DNA of 63,342 bases from Ignavibacteriales bacterium (GTDB lineage Bacteria > Bacteroidota > Ignavibacteria > UBA10030 > F1-140-MAGs086): NCBI GenBank assembly GCA_018335975.1, contig JAGXRH010000002.1:1-63342 (forward strand), in the 5' to 3' direction. Both the position numbers and the translations under genes were made by a program. How positions within the stretch are numbered: the first letter of the stretch is position 1; each line of letters begins with the position of its first letter. Below, one piece after another: positions 10,670-20,400 of the stretch. The notes under the pieces are model-generated. The model made no database searches. It was given only the letters and a program-made list of their open reading frames with translations, and was not told the origin of the DNA.

Positions 10670-11779
10670 ATGCCATCACCCGACCGCATTACCGTCCAAT
10701 CACTCAAAACCGACTGCCGTTTTTTTCGCGGCGATGTTCCGTGCAAGCCGCATAAACAATTTGACGTACATTGTTTTGACGAACAAGGAAAAGTTTGTTC
10801 ACACTATCAACAAACAAAAGAAAACATACTCATCATCAAACTCGGTGCAATCGGCGATGTCATTCGCACAACCCCGCTCCTGCATTTATTCAAAAAGAAA
10901 TTTCCCCGCGCAAAAATTTGGTGGCTCACACTCACACCCGAAGTTGTCCCTTCTTCTGTTGATGTTGTGTTGAAATGGAATCACGCGAGTTTGATTACTC
11001 TCCAGCAAATTCCGTTCGACAGAATTTATAATTACGATAAAGACAGGGAAGCATGCGCCCTTGCAAGTTCACTCACCTCAAAAAAGAAGTTCGGTTTTGT
11101 GTTGAAGAATGGTATTCCATCTCCCGCAAATAAACTCGCCGAAGCAAAATTTCTTACCGGCGTTTTCGATGATGCGAACAAAGCAAACACGAAGAGCTAT
11201 CTCGAAGAACTATTTGAAATCGCGGGGGAAAAATTTAAAGGCGAAAAATACATACTCGATAATTTTGCCGGCGACGGTTACGCATGGAAACTTCCGAAAG
11301 GAAAAAAGATTATCGGCTTAAATTCGGGGTGTGGGGGAAGGTGGACGTCGCGTTTGTGGGCAGATGAAAACTGGATTTCGCTTGCGAAAAGATTGAAGAA
11401 GGCAGGATACGTTCCGCTGTTCCTCGGTGGTGAACAAGAGCACGAAAAAAATGTAATTCTTGCAAAAAAATCAGGCGCTTTATATTTCGGACATTTCCCA
11501 CTCAAACAATTTATCAATCTTGTTGCTCAATGTTCGCTTGTCGTTACAGCAGTAACAATGGCGATGCACATTACATTGGCTCTCGACAAAAAGATAGTAC
11601 TCTTCAACAACATTTTCAACAAGCACGAATTTGAATTGTACGGTCTTGGCGAAATTCTCGAGCCCGATTTCGATTGCGGGTGTTTTTTTTCCCCAACATG
11701 CCCGAACAATTGCATGCAATACCTTTCGGTAGAAACTGTCGTCGAATCGGTAGGTCGAATTCTAAAAAAATCCAAATGA
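10670..11779 (+). CDS. Glycosyltransferase family 9 (heptosyltransferase-like)
   Basis: ILIIKLGAIGDVIRTTPLL, GLNSGCGGRWTSRLW and LVVTAVTMAMHI blocks typical of GT9. Cys-rich N-terminal segment. Confidence 0.8.
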   Translation: MPSPDRITVQSLKTDCRFFRGDVPCKPHKQFDVHCFDEQGKVCSHYQQTKENILIIKLGAIGDVIRTTPLLHLFKKKFPRAKIWWLTLTPEVVPSSVDVVLKWNHASLITLQQIPFDRIYNYDKDREACALASSLTSKKKFGFVLKNGIPSPANKLAEAKFLTGVFDDANKANTKSYLEELFEIAGEKFKGEKYILDNFAGDGYAWKLPKGKKIIGLNSGCGGRWTSRLWADENWISLAKRLKKAGYVPLFLGGEQEHEKNVILAKKSGALYFGHFPLKQFINLVAQCSLVVTAVTMAMHITLALDKKIVLFNNIFNKHEFELYGLGEILEPDFDCGCFFSPTCPNNCMQYLSVETVVESVGRILKKSK

Positions 11780-11866
11780 CAAAACCCAAATTCCAAATAA
11801 ATTACAATTTTCAATCCTCCGACATCTTTTGGAAATTGATTTTTGTAAATTGGAAATTTTCTGTGT

Positions 11867-14281
11867 ATGCCAAAACAAGATAAAAAGAAAACAACGCCAT
11901 TGACTATTCGGAATGAAAACACCTTTTCATTTCTGAAAGATTGGCATTGCCTTGCGCTTCTTGGGTTGTTGCTCGTTATTTTTTTTCGGGAAATAATTTT
12001 TCAGAAAGCGTTTTTCTGGGAAGATTTTCTGTATTATTTCTATCCTGTTCGTAACTTTGCTACGGTTTCACTCGCCAACGGAGAAATTCCGCTGTGGAAC
12101 CCGTACACGTTTGGTGGAATGCCATTTCTGGCGGATATACAAACAACGGTCTTTTATCTTCCCAACTTTCTTCTTATCCCTTTCGTTTCAAACGGGCGGT
12201 TAGATGCGTGGTATCACGAGATGTTTCTTGTTGCGCATTTCTTTCTTGCCGGCGTTACGATGTTTTATTGCGCCCGCGCTTTCGGGCTTTCTCGTATTGC
12301 TGCAACGTTCTGTGCGTTCGTGTATATGCTTTCGGGATTCGCGATTGTTCATACGATTCACCAGGTCGTCTTAGTGCAAGCCGCGTGGTTTCCGCTCATC
12401 GTTCTCTTGTTCAGAAAAACGATGGAAGAACTTTCCCTCCTCTCGATGTCTGTATGCTCGTTCGTCCTTTCGATGTCGGTCTTAGGGGGACATCCGCAAT
12501 TCACGCTTTATATTTTCTTTTTTCTCTTCGTTTTTTTTCTGTACGAACAAATCCATTTCGTACGCGAGCAAAAAATTTCCGGAGACTCAATTTCCATCTT
12601 TCCGATACTCCGTCGTTCACTCCTTGCTGCGGGCGTTATACTCTTCGCGGTTGGTTTTTCGGCTATTCAACTTCTTCCAACATTTGAACTTGCAAATCTT
12701 TCCGTCCGTGAAGAAATTACCTTTGCAAAATCCTCTGAAGGACAATTATGGTGGCAGCAACTTATTACGTTTCTGGTCCCGAAATTTTATGGCAGTTCGA
12801 GCGCATTACAGGCGGAGAATCCGATTCGGTATTGGGGACCAGGAATGTACTGGAGTTTTTGGGAAACGTGTATTTATACCGGGGTTGCAGCGTTTTCCCT
12901 TGCAATTATTTCACTCTCGTTATGGAAGGAAAACCGCTTTGTTGTATTCTTCGGATGTTTTGGAGTGTTTGCGCTTTTGTATGCCCTGGGAGATAATTTT
13001 GTTCTTCATCCGTTTTTCTACAAGGTTGTTCCGGGATTCGATAAATTTCGTTCGATGGGACGGTGGGGATTTTTTGTAACATTTGCCGTTGCTTTGATGA
13101 GCGGGTTTGGGTTGCAGCAAATGCTTTCCAACGCAAAAGGAGAAAAGAAAAAGTTGTTTTCGCTCATCCTTTTAGTAATTTTTGGTATAACGTCAATACT
13201 GACGGTACTTGTTCATACCGGCGCGTTGAATGATTTCATTCATTGGCAGGCAAGCATTGGAGCGTTTAAGGTAGCACCCGCTGATTTGTTACATCCGCAT
13301 TCTCTCAAAATAGTAAAATCGCAAACGCTGGCCTCCTTTTTCATCGTCGGGATAAGTTGCGGAATTCTCTATCTTTTTCTCAACAACACCATTAAACCAA
13401 TCCTCGCCGTACTTCTCCTTTTCGCTGCGCAATTTATTGATATGCACGTTTTCGGGTTTGTTCAGAATAATGCGAAGGTGGACCCGGGAGCGTATTTTTC
13501 TGAGCGAAAAAATTATATTGAACAAATAAAAGGGGAGGAGAAAAACGGACTCTTTCGTGTGAATGCGAGAAATCGCGGAAGTATATTTCTTGACCGCAAT
13601 CAGGGAATGTTGGATAAAATATTTTTGATGGAGGGATACACTCCGCTTGCTTTACAACGCGTGCTCCCCCCCGCGGCAACTCCCGAAAAAGGATATCAAC
13701 TATTGAACACGAAATATCGTTTGAAAGTTGACACATTGCTCGTGCAGCGCCAAATGCGAACGCGAATGCGGTTTGAACTGGATTCGCTCTGTTTGCCGCG
13801 CGCGATGTTTGTTTATAACTACCGCGTGTTTGAAAACGAAAAAGCCGAAAGCACATTTCTTGCAGGAAAAGAGTTCAACCCGTGGGAAACAGTCGTGTTG
13901 GAAGAAAAGCCCCAGATAACTCTCGCCGATACAACACAAACATTAGATTGGAATTGGAGCATCGAGGAGTATCGAAATAACGCCATTCGGTTCAAAGGAG
14001 AAACACCCAAGACGGGTTTGTTTCTCGTGAGCGAAATTTTTTATCCCGGGTGGAACGCTTACGTTGATGGAAAACAAACGAAAATCTATCGCGCCGATTG
14101 GAGTTTGCGCGCAATTGTTGTTGATAAAGGCGAACACACAATCGAAATGAAATTTGAGCCTGAGCCGTATTATTCAGGAATGAAAATTTCACTCGCAACA
14201 CTTTTTCTTTGTGTTGCTATCGGTGGATTCGATTTTTATAGAAAAAGGAAATCTCCTTCCAATCCAAAATCTGAAATCTAA
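11867..14281 (+). CDS. YfhO-family polytopic membrane glycosyltransferase-like protein
   Basis: 804 aa with many TM helices. C-terminal soluble part ends FYPGWNAYVDGKQTKIYRADWSLRAIVVDKGEHTIEMKFEP plus a terminal TM, the hallmark of the YfhO family. Confidence 0.8.
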   Translation: MPKQDKKKTTPLTIRNENTFSFLKDWHCLALLGLLLVIFFREIIFQKAFFWEDFLYYFYPVRNFATVSLANGEIPLWNPYTFGGMPFLADIQTTVFYLPNFLLIPFVSNGRLDAWYHEMFLVAHFFLAGVTMFYCARAFGLSRIAATFCAFVYMLSGFAIVHTIHQVVLVQAAWFPLIVLLFRKTMEELSLLSMSVCSFVLSMSVLGGHPQFTLYIFFFLFVFFLYEQIHFVREQKISGDSISIFPILRRSLLAAGVILFAVGFSAIQLLPTFELANLSVREEITFAKSSEGQLWWQQLITFLVPKFYGSSSALQAENPIRYWGPGMYWSFWETCIYTGVAAFSLAIISLSLWKENRFVVFFGCFGVFALLYALGDNFVLHPFFYKVVPGFDKFRSMGRWGFFVTFAVALMSGFGLQQMLSNAKGEKKKLFSLILLVIFGITSILTVLVHTGALNDFIHWQASIGAFKVAPADLLHPHSLKIVKSQTLASFFIVGISCGILYLFLNNTIKPILAVLLLFAAQFIDMHVFGFVQNNAKVDPGAYFSERKNYIEQIKGEEKNGLFRVNARNRGSIFLDRNQGMLDKIFLMEGYTPLALQRVLPPAATPEKGYQLLNTKYRLKVDTLLVQRQMRTRMRFELDSLCLPRAMFVYNYRVFENEKAESTFLAGKEFNPWETVVLEEKPQITLADTTQTLDWNWSIEEYRNNAIRFKGETPKTGLFLVSEIFYPGWNAYVDGKQTKIYRADWSLRAIVVDKGEHTIEMKFEPEPYYSGMKISLATLFLCVAIGGFDFYRKRKSPSNPKSEI

Positions 14282-14289
14282 AATTGAAT

Positions 14290-15243
14290 ATGATTTCCAT
14301 CGTCATTCCACTTTACAACGAACAGGAAACAATTCCCGAACTTCATCGCCGATTAACCGACGCGATGAAAAAAGTCGGCGATGACTACGAAATTATTTTT
14401 GTGAACGACAACAGCAAAGATAATTCGTTTGAGGTCATGAAAAAGTTTTCGCAACAAGATTCACATTTGAAAGTGATTGACCTTGCAAGAAATTTCGGAC
14501 ATCAGGTTGCAATTTCGGCGGGAATTGATTCAGCAAATGGCGATGCGGTGATTTTAATGGATGGCGATTTGCAAGACCCGCCGGAACTTCTTCCCGAAAT
14601 GATTGCAAAATGGAAAAGCGGTTTTGAGGTTGTGTACACAATGAAAAAAAGCCGCAAAGAAAATGCGCTCAAACGTTTTGCGTTTCATTCGTTCTATGAA
14701 TTGATGCAGCGATTTTCTTCCATTCCCATTCCGATGGAAGCAGGAAATTTTTCGTTGATGGATAGAAAAGTAGTTTCTGTTCTTCAAACGATGCAGGAAC
14801 GAAATCGCTATCTTGCCGGAATGCGCGCGTGGATTGGTTTTCGGCAAACAGGAATTTGGTTCGATAGAGAAGCGCGATTTGCCGGTAAACCGCAGATGAC
14901 TATTTCGCGGCTCATCAATTTTGCGCTTGACGGACTTTTTTCTTTTTCCAATGCGCCGCTTCGCCTTGCAACATACGTCGGTTTTGGTTCTGCGTTCGTT
15001 GCGTTTCTCGGAATGTTGTATGTTCTCTACGCAAAACTTTTTACAAACACCGCGCTCATCGGCTGGGCTTCAACAATTCTTTCTATTTTATTTATCGGCG
15101 GAATGATTCTTCTCACTCTTGGAATCATCGGCGAATATGTAGGTCGAATTTATGACGAAGTAAAACAGCGGCCGTTGTATGTGGTTCGGGAAAAGATTGG
15201 ATTTGAAAAAAGCAGAGAGCGTGTAGCAGGGAGCATAGAGTAG
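14290..15243 (+). CDS. GT2 polyprenyl-phosphate glycosyltransferase (GtrB/CsbB/ArnC-like)
   Basis: ISIVIPLYNEQETI, FVNDNSKDNS, ILMDGDLQDPPE and two C-terminal TM helices. Begins 3-9 nt after the YfhO-like stop. Confidence 0.85.
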   Translation: MISIVIPLYNEQETIPELHRRLTDAMKKVGDDYEIIFVNDNSKDNSFEVMKKFSQQDSHLKVIDLARNFGHQVAISAGIDSANGDAVILMDGDLQDPPELLPEMIAKWKSGFEVVYTMKKSRKENALKRFAFHSFYELMQRFSSIPIPMEAGNFSLMDRKVVSVLQTMQERNRYLAGMRAWIGFRQTGIWFDREARFAGKPQMTISRLINFALDGLFSFSNAPLRLATYVGFGSAFVAFLGMLYVLYAKLFTNTALIGWASTILSILFIGGMILLTLGIIGEYVGRIYDEVKQRPLYVVREKIGFEKSRERVAGSIE

Positions 15244-15261
15244 AAGCAGTGAGGCGAAACA

Positions 15262-15289
15262 ATTTTTCATTTTTCATTTTTCATTTTTA
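15262..15289 (+). repeat. Heptanucleotide repeat (ATTTTTC)x3 plus one degenerate unit
   Basis: aATTTTTCATTTTTCATTTTTCATTTTTAa lies between the GT2 stop (15243) and the methyltransferase start (15295). Confidence 0.8.
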
Positions 15290-15294
15290 ATTGC

Positions 15295-16023
15295 TTGGAA
15301 GAATATCTTTATCCCCATTTCTATAAAATAGAAAACGAACATTGGTGGTTTGCAGCACGGCAGAAAATTTTATGGAATTTTATTTCTCAAAATTTATCGC
15401 TCACACAAAAATCAAAAGTACTTGATGTTGGCTGCGGAACCGGCGCAATTCTCGATACATTCACGAAACATTTTGAAGCGTACGGACAAGATGTTTCCGA
15501 ACAAGCAGTGGATTTTTGTAAACAACGCGGATTGCAAAACGTGTTTCGCGGTTATTTAAATGAACTTCCTTCGCATTTAAATGAATTCGATTTGGTTACT
15601 GCGTTCGATGTTGTTGAACACATCGAAGATGATTTTGGCGTGTTGAAACAAATGCACTCTTTATTGAAAACGAACGGAAATGTTTTGATTACTGTTCCTG
15701 CGTTTCAAATGCTGTGGGGAGCGCACGATGTTGTAACGCATCACAAACGGCGATACGTGAAAGCAACGCTGCGAGCCGTAATGGAGAAAGCAGGATTTGA
15801 AATTGTGCGGATGTCGTATTTCAACTTTTTTCTTTTTCCCGTTGCTGTTGCGCGAAGAATTCAAGCGAAGATTACAAAAGTTGACGAAGCAAAAGATTTG
15901 GAAATGCCATCGCCAAGATTGAACGGGATTTTGAAATCTGTTTTTGAAATGGAAAAAAATATTTTACCAACAATCAATTTTCCCGTTGGGCTTTCGTTGA
16001 TTGCAATTGGAAGAAAAAAATAA
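15295..16023 (+). CDS. Class I SAM-dependent methyltransferase
   Basis: EHWWFAARQ, motif I VLDVGCGTGA and DLVTAFDVVEHI. The track start is TTG, so the start is uncertain. Confidence 0.8.
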   Translation: MEEYLYPHFYKIENEHWWFAARQKILWNFISQNLSLTQKSKVLDVGCGTGAILDTFTKHFEAYGQDVSEQAVDFCKQRGLQNVFRGYLNELPSHLNEFDLVTAFDVVEHIEDDFGVLKQMHSLLKTNGNVLITVPAFQMLWGAHDVVTHHKRRYVKATLRAVMEKAGFEIVRMSYFNFFLFPVAVARRIQAKITKVDEAKDLEMPSPRLNGILKSVFEMEKNILPTINFPVGLSLIAIGRKK

Positions 16024-16106
16024 CCACAGATTACCTGAATTGTATTTGCGAAAATCCGCGAAGCATCAGCGGAAATTCGCGGTTAAAATAAAATTCCAAA
16101 AATAAA

Positions 16107-17225
16107 GTGAATGTAATTATAATCGGAACAGCATATCCACTTCGCGGAGGAATTGCGCATTACGTTGCGTTACTTGCAAAATATTTTCAGAAAGCAAAAC
16201 ACCACGTCGAAATAATTTCCTTCAAACGACAGTACCCCAAGATTTTATTTCCCGGAAAAACACAAGAAGAAAGCGGCGAAGAATTATTTTCCATTAAAGC
16301 GGAAATGTTGATTGATTCGATTAATCCGTTCAATTGGATTTCGGTGGGAAATGAAATTCGCAAACGAAAACCTGATTTGATTGTGTTCAAATACTGGCTT
16401 CCGTTTTTCGGACCGAGTTACGGAACCATCGCTGCCATCGCAAAACACAATAAACACACCAAAGTGTTGATGATTTGTGACAACATCATTCCCCACGAAA
16501 AACGCCCCGGCGATTCACTCTTCACTAAATACATTTTCCATTTTGCCGATTCCGCAATCGTGCAATCCGATTCAGTCGAAAATGATTTACTCACACTTTT
16601 TCCCAAACTTCCGTACAGAAAAATTCCGCATCCCGTGTATGAAATTTTCGGAGAAAGCATTCCGCAAAGCGAAGCGAGGAAAAAAATCGGAATTACTGAA
16701 ACCGAAAATGTGATTCTATTTTTTGGTTACGTTCGTGCATACAAGGGGCTTGATGTTCTTCTTCACACAATGAAAAATGTGGAAAACATAACCGCGCTTA
16801 TCGTTGGCGAGTTTTACGATAATGAAAAGCAATATCGTTCACTCGCAAAAGAATTGAATGTCGAAAACAAAGTGCGTTTCTTTTCAGAATACATTGCGAA
16901 TGATGAAGTGAAAAATTATTTCTCTGCATGCGACGCCGTTGTTCTTCCTTATAAAACTGCGACACAAAGTGGCATTGCGCAAATTGCTTTTAACTTTGAC
17001 AAGCCGGTGATTACAACGAATGTTGGGGGTCTTGCAGAAATTGTCCCTGATGGGAAAGCGGGATTTGTCGTTGAGCCGAATAATCCGGAACAACTTGCAA
17101 CCGCGATTTCAAAATTCTTTTCCGAAAACAAAAAAGAAGAATTTACCGAGCAAGTTAAAATAGAAAAGAAAAAATACTCGTGGGAAAATTTAGTAAAGGC
17201 GATGGAGGAACTCATGGTACGGTGA
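16107..17225 (+). CDS. Glycosyltransferase family 4 (GT-B fold)
   Basis: C-terminal region ...LPYKTATQSGIAQIAFNFDKPVITTNVGGLAEIVPDGKAGFVVEP is typical of GT4/Glycos_transf_1. GTG start in the track. Confidence 0.8.
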   Translation: MNVIIIGTAYPLRGGIAHYVALLAKYFQKAKHHVEIISFKRQYPKILFPGKTQEESGEELFSIKAEMLIDSINPFNWISVGNEIRKRKPDLIVFKYWLPFFGPSYGTIAAIAKHNKHTKVLMICDNIIPHEKRPGDSLFTKYIFHFADSAIVQSDSVENDLLTLFPKLPYRKIPHPVYEIFGESIPQSEARKKIGITETENVILFFGYVRAYKGLDVLLHTMKNVENITALIVGEFYDNEKQYRSLAKELNVENKVRFFSEYIANDEVKNYFSACDAVVLPYKTATQSGIAQIAFNFDKPVITTNVGGLAEIVPDGKAGFVVEPNNPEQLATAISKFFSENKKEEFTEQVKIEKKKYSWENLVKAMEELMVR

Positions 17226-17253
17226 AAAAAATAACCAATAATTAAAACCTGCC

Positions 17254-17335
17254 CACTCACAAAAAATGTCGTTCACTCAGTCAAAACAGCATTTCACACT
17301 AAAAAACGTGCCTTTCACTCATTAGTACGATTTTC
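17254..17335 (+). promoter_or_regulatory. Four phased direct repeats of about 21 nt upstream of the first FG-GAP cargo gene
   Basis: CACTCAC at 17254, CACTCAG at 17274, CACACTA at 17295 and CACTCAT at 17316, spaced 20, 21 and 21 nt apart. Each is followed by an A-rich and then a T-rich stretch. The array ends about 90 nt before the ATG at 17425. Confidence 0.4.
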
Positions 17336-17424
17336 CTATTTGCATTGCAACGAAATTTTCTTAACTTCTCCCCGCAGATTTTTACTGCAGGGTATTTTTT
17401 TAACCATTTTCAGGAGTAAATACA

Positions 17425-20400
17425 ATGAAAAAGATTCTTTTTGCATTAATCATTGGTGTAGTGTTTATTTTCCACCTAACATTTGCACAAGTAAACACAA
17501 CACTTCCTTCCCAAAACGCGCTCAACATTCCCCGCGCAACAAATATCGAAGTTACATTTTCAAGCGATATCAATCCACAAACGCTGACGAATTCCTCTAT
17601 TCGTATTCACGGTTCGCAAAGCGGATTGCATACGAGCAGTATGTCATACAACAGTTTAGAGCGCAAAGCAACAATAAATCCCAACGAAGATTTTACCGTT
17701 GGTGAAGTAGTAAGTGTTTCACTTACTTCAGGAATTACAATTGCATCAAGTGGGGTGCCGATAGTTCCATATAGTTGGAGTTTTACGATTCAATATAATG
17801 TAAGCGCAGGAACGTTTGCTACGAAAGTGGATTATGGAACAGGAAATTCTCCTCATTCTGTGTACATCTATGATTTAGATGGTGATGGCGATGGAGACAT
17901 TATTACTGCTAATTGGAGTTCCAATACAGTTTCCGTTATAAAGAGTAATGGGGACGACACATACACAACAAAAGTGGATTATGTGACGGGAAATAATCCC
18001 TATTTTGCCTTCGTCAGCGATATTGACGATGATGGCGATGGCGATATTGCGGTTGCGAATAATGGTAGTAACACGGTTTCCATCCTGAAAAACAATGGGA
18101 ATGGGGTTTACAGTACAAAAGTTGATTATGCAACCGGGGGTAATCCAATCGCTATCTTCATCAGCGACATAGATGGGGATGGGGATGGGGACATTGCCAC
18201 AGCGAATTATGGTTCAGGCACAGTTACGATCCTGAAGAACAATGGTGACGGCACCTTTGCTTTGAAAGTGGATTATGCGACAGGAATTCGACCTTGGTCT
18301 GTTTATCTCAACGATGTGGATGGTGACGGTGATTACGACCTTGCTGTTGCGAATAGTAATTCAAACACGGTTTCCATTCTGAAGAACAATGGAGACGGCA
18401 CATACATATCGAAGGTAGATTATGCGACAGGAAATAATCCTTATTCTGTTTTTGTCAACGATATAGATGCTGATGGCGATGGCGACCTTGTTACTGCGAA
18501 TTATGGTTCCAACACGGTTTCCATTCTCAAAAATAATGGGAACGGCACTTACTCAACGAAAACGGACTATGCGGCGGGTGCCAATCCTGTACCTGTTTAC
18601 ATTAGCGATGTAGATGGCGATAGTGATGGTGACATTATTACCGCTAATTGGAGCTCCAATACGGTTTCCATCCTGAAAAACAATGGAAACGGGAGTTACT
18701 CAGCCAAAGTGGATTATGCAACGGGAAGTAATCCTCATTCTGTCATTATCGGCGATATAGATGCCGATGGCGATGGTGATCTTGTCGTTGCGAATCAAGG
18801 TTCCAACACGATATCTACTTTCAAAAATATCAATGGCACAAGTGCTTACACAATCACAGCAACTGCTGGAAGTAATGGCTCAATTTCTCCAAGTGGAAAT
18901 GTTAGAGTAAACTCTGGAAGTAACGAACAATTCACAATTTCACCAAACACAGGTTATCACGTTGATAGTGTAATTGTTGACGGTGTTCTTGTGGATTCCA
19001 TCAACAGTTACACTTTCTCAAATGTCAGTTCAAATCATACGATATCGGTGAAATTTACCGTTAATGAGGCTGCTATTGTAATCACACTCCCGGCAACTCA
19101 AATTGGCGGAACAAGCGCACGCCTCAACGGCTCAGTAAATCCCAATGGGATAAGCACCATAGTAACATTTCAATATGGTTTAACAACAAGTTACGGAAAT
19201 ACCATAGCCGCAACTCCCAGTCCCGTAACCGGTAATGATGCGGTCAGTGTAAGTGCGTTGCTTACAGGATTAACACAAAATACAGAATACCATTTCCGCG
19301 TTGTTGCTTCGAACGAATTTACTGCAACGGTATATGGCAACGACGAAACATTTACAACGACAAATTCAACGAACAATCCGCCAATGGCAATAGCAGGTTT
19401 CGATTCAGTGAAAATCAACACGTCAAAGTTACTCACACTGCAGGGAACCGACTCCGACGAGGGAGATAGTATTAGCGCATACGTTATCAAAACGTTTCCC
19501 GCACACGGATTTCTGCAAAGTTTTAACAGCGCCGCGGGAACGGTTGTGTACAGTCCCGAATTTTTTTATGCAGGAACGGATACCTTTACGTTCAGCGTGA
19601 AAGACGCGCAAAATATAGAAAGCACCCCCGCTCCGTTCATCGTTACCGTCTATCAATATATTGATTCAACGACATTCAGAACGTTTTCGCAGGAAGACTG
19701 GGTTACGCCGGCAGTAAAAATTCCTAAAAAAGGAAAACGCCCGATGCCAACCACGGGAAACGTTCTCGATACCATAATGACAAATGTTTATCCCAAACTC
19801 AAAGTTAAAACAAACCCGAATTTTCCCGGCGGTGTCATTCTCGGCATTAAACGAACCGACAGCGTAAAATCGTACGGATGGATTCGTCTTATCGGAAAAG
19901 GGAAAGATGTTCAAAAATTTTTACCGCATTCGGGAACTGCGCGCGGTTTCGATAAAATTCTCGGAAAAACTTTTTTGAAGGAAGTGAAAAACCCAAAAGT
20001 GGAAAGATACAACAACTCGTTGGTTGGAGAATTGCTTGCATTAAAGATGAATCTTGCAGCAAGCGCGGATAGCATTACCAACCCCGATTTTGTCAATCTT
20101 GTATTCGACGACCCATTACAGCCGAATCATCTTTTTGCGGGAAAAGCGTTGACAGAAATTGCGCGGTTTGCAGATACGACATTAACGTACTATAAACGGT
20201 ACTATACGGGAGCGACTCCTCCTGCAATGTACAACACAATGGCAATTGCTTTGCGCAGTATCAACGAAGCATTTCACGGTAAAAACATTGATACTATTAG
20301 TGTGAAACCGTTGCGATTACGGGATTCCGTGCGAATAGACAGCGTTTCATTTTTGCGGAAAGGTGGCAATAAAGAAACGGCCGATTTCATTCTTTTAGAA

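Noticed and set aside
16040-16085. Hairpin CCGCGAAgcatcagcggaaaTTCGCGG after the methyltransferase gene as a terminator or REP
   Set aside because: The stem is only 7 bp and no T-run follows. It is plausible but too weak to call as a feature.
17824-18852. Regular 147-nt periodic repeats that could superficially suggest a CRISPR-like or satellite array
   Set aside because: The repeats are contiguous with no spacers and lie in one long open frame with a signal peptide. They translate to FG-GAP/VCBS blades, so they are coding repeats.
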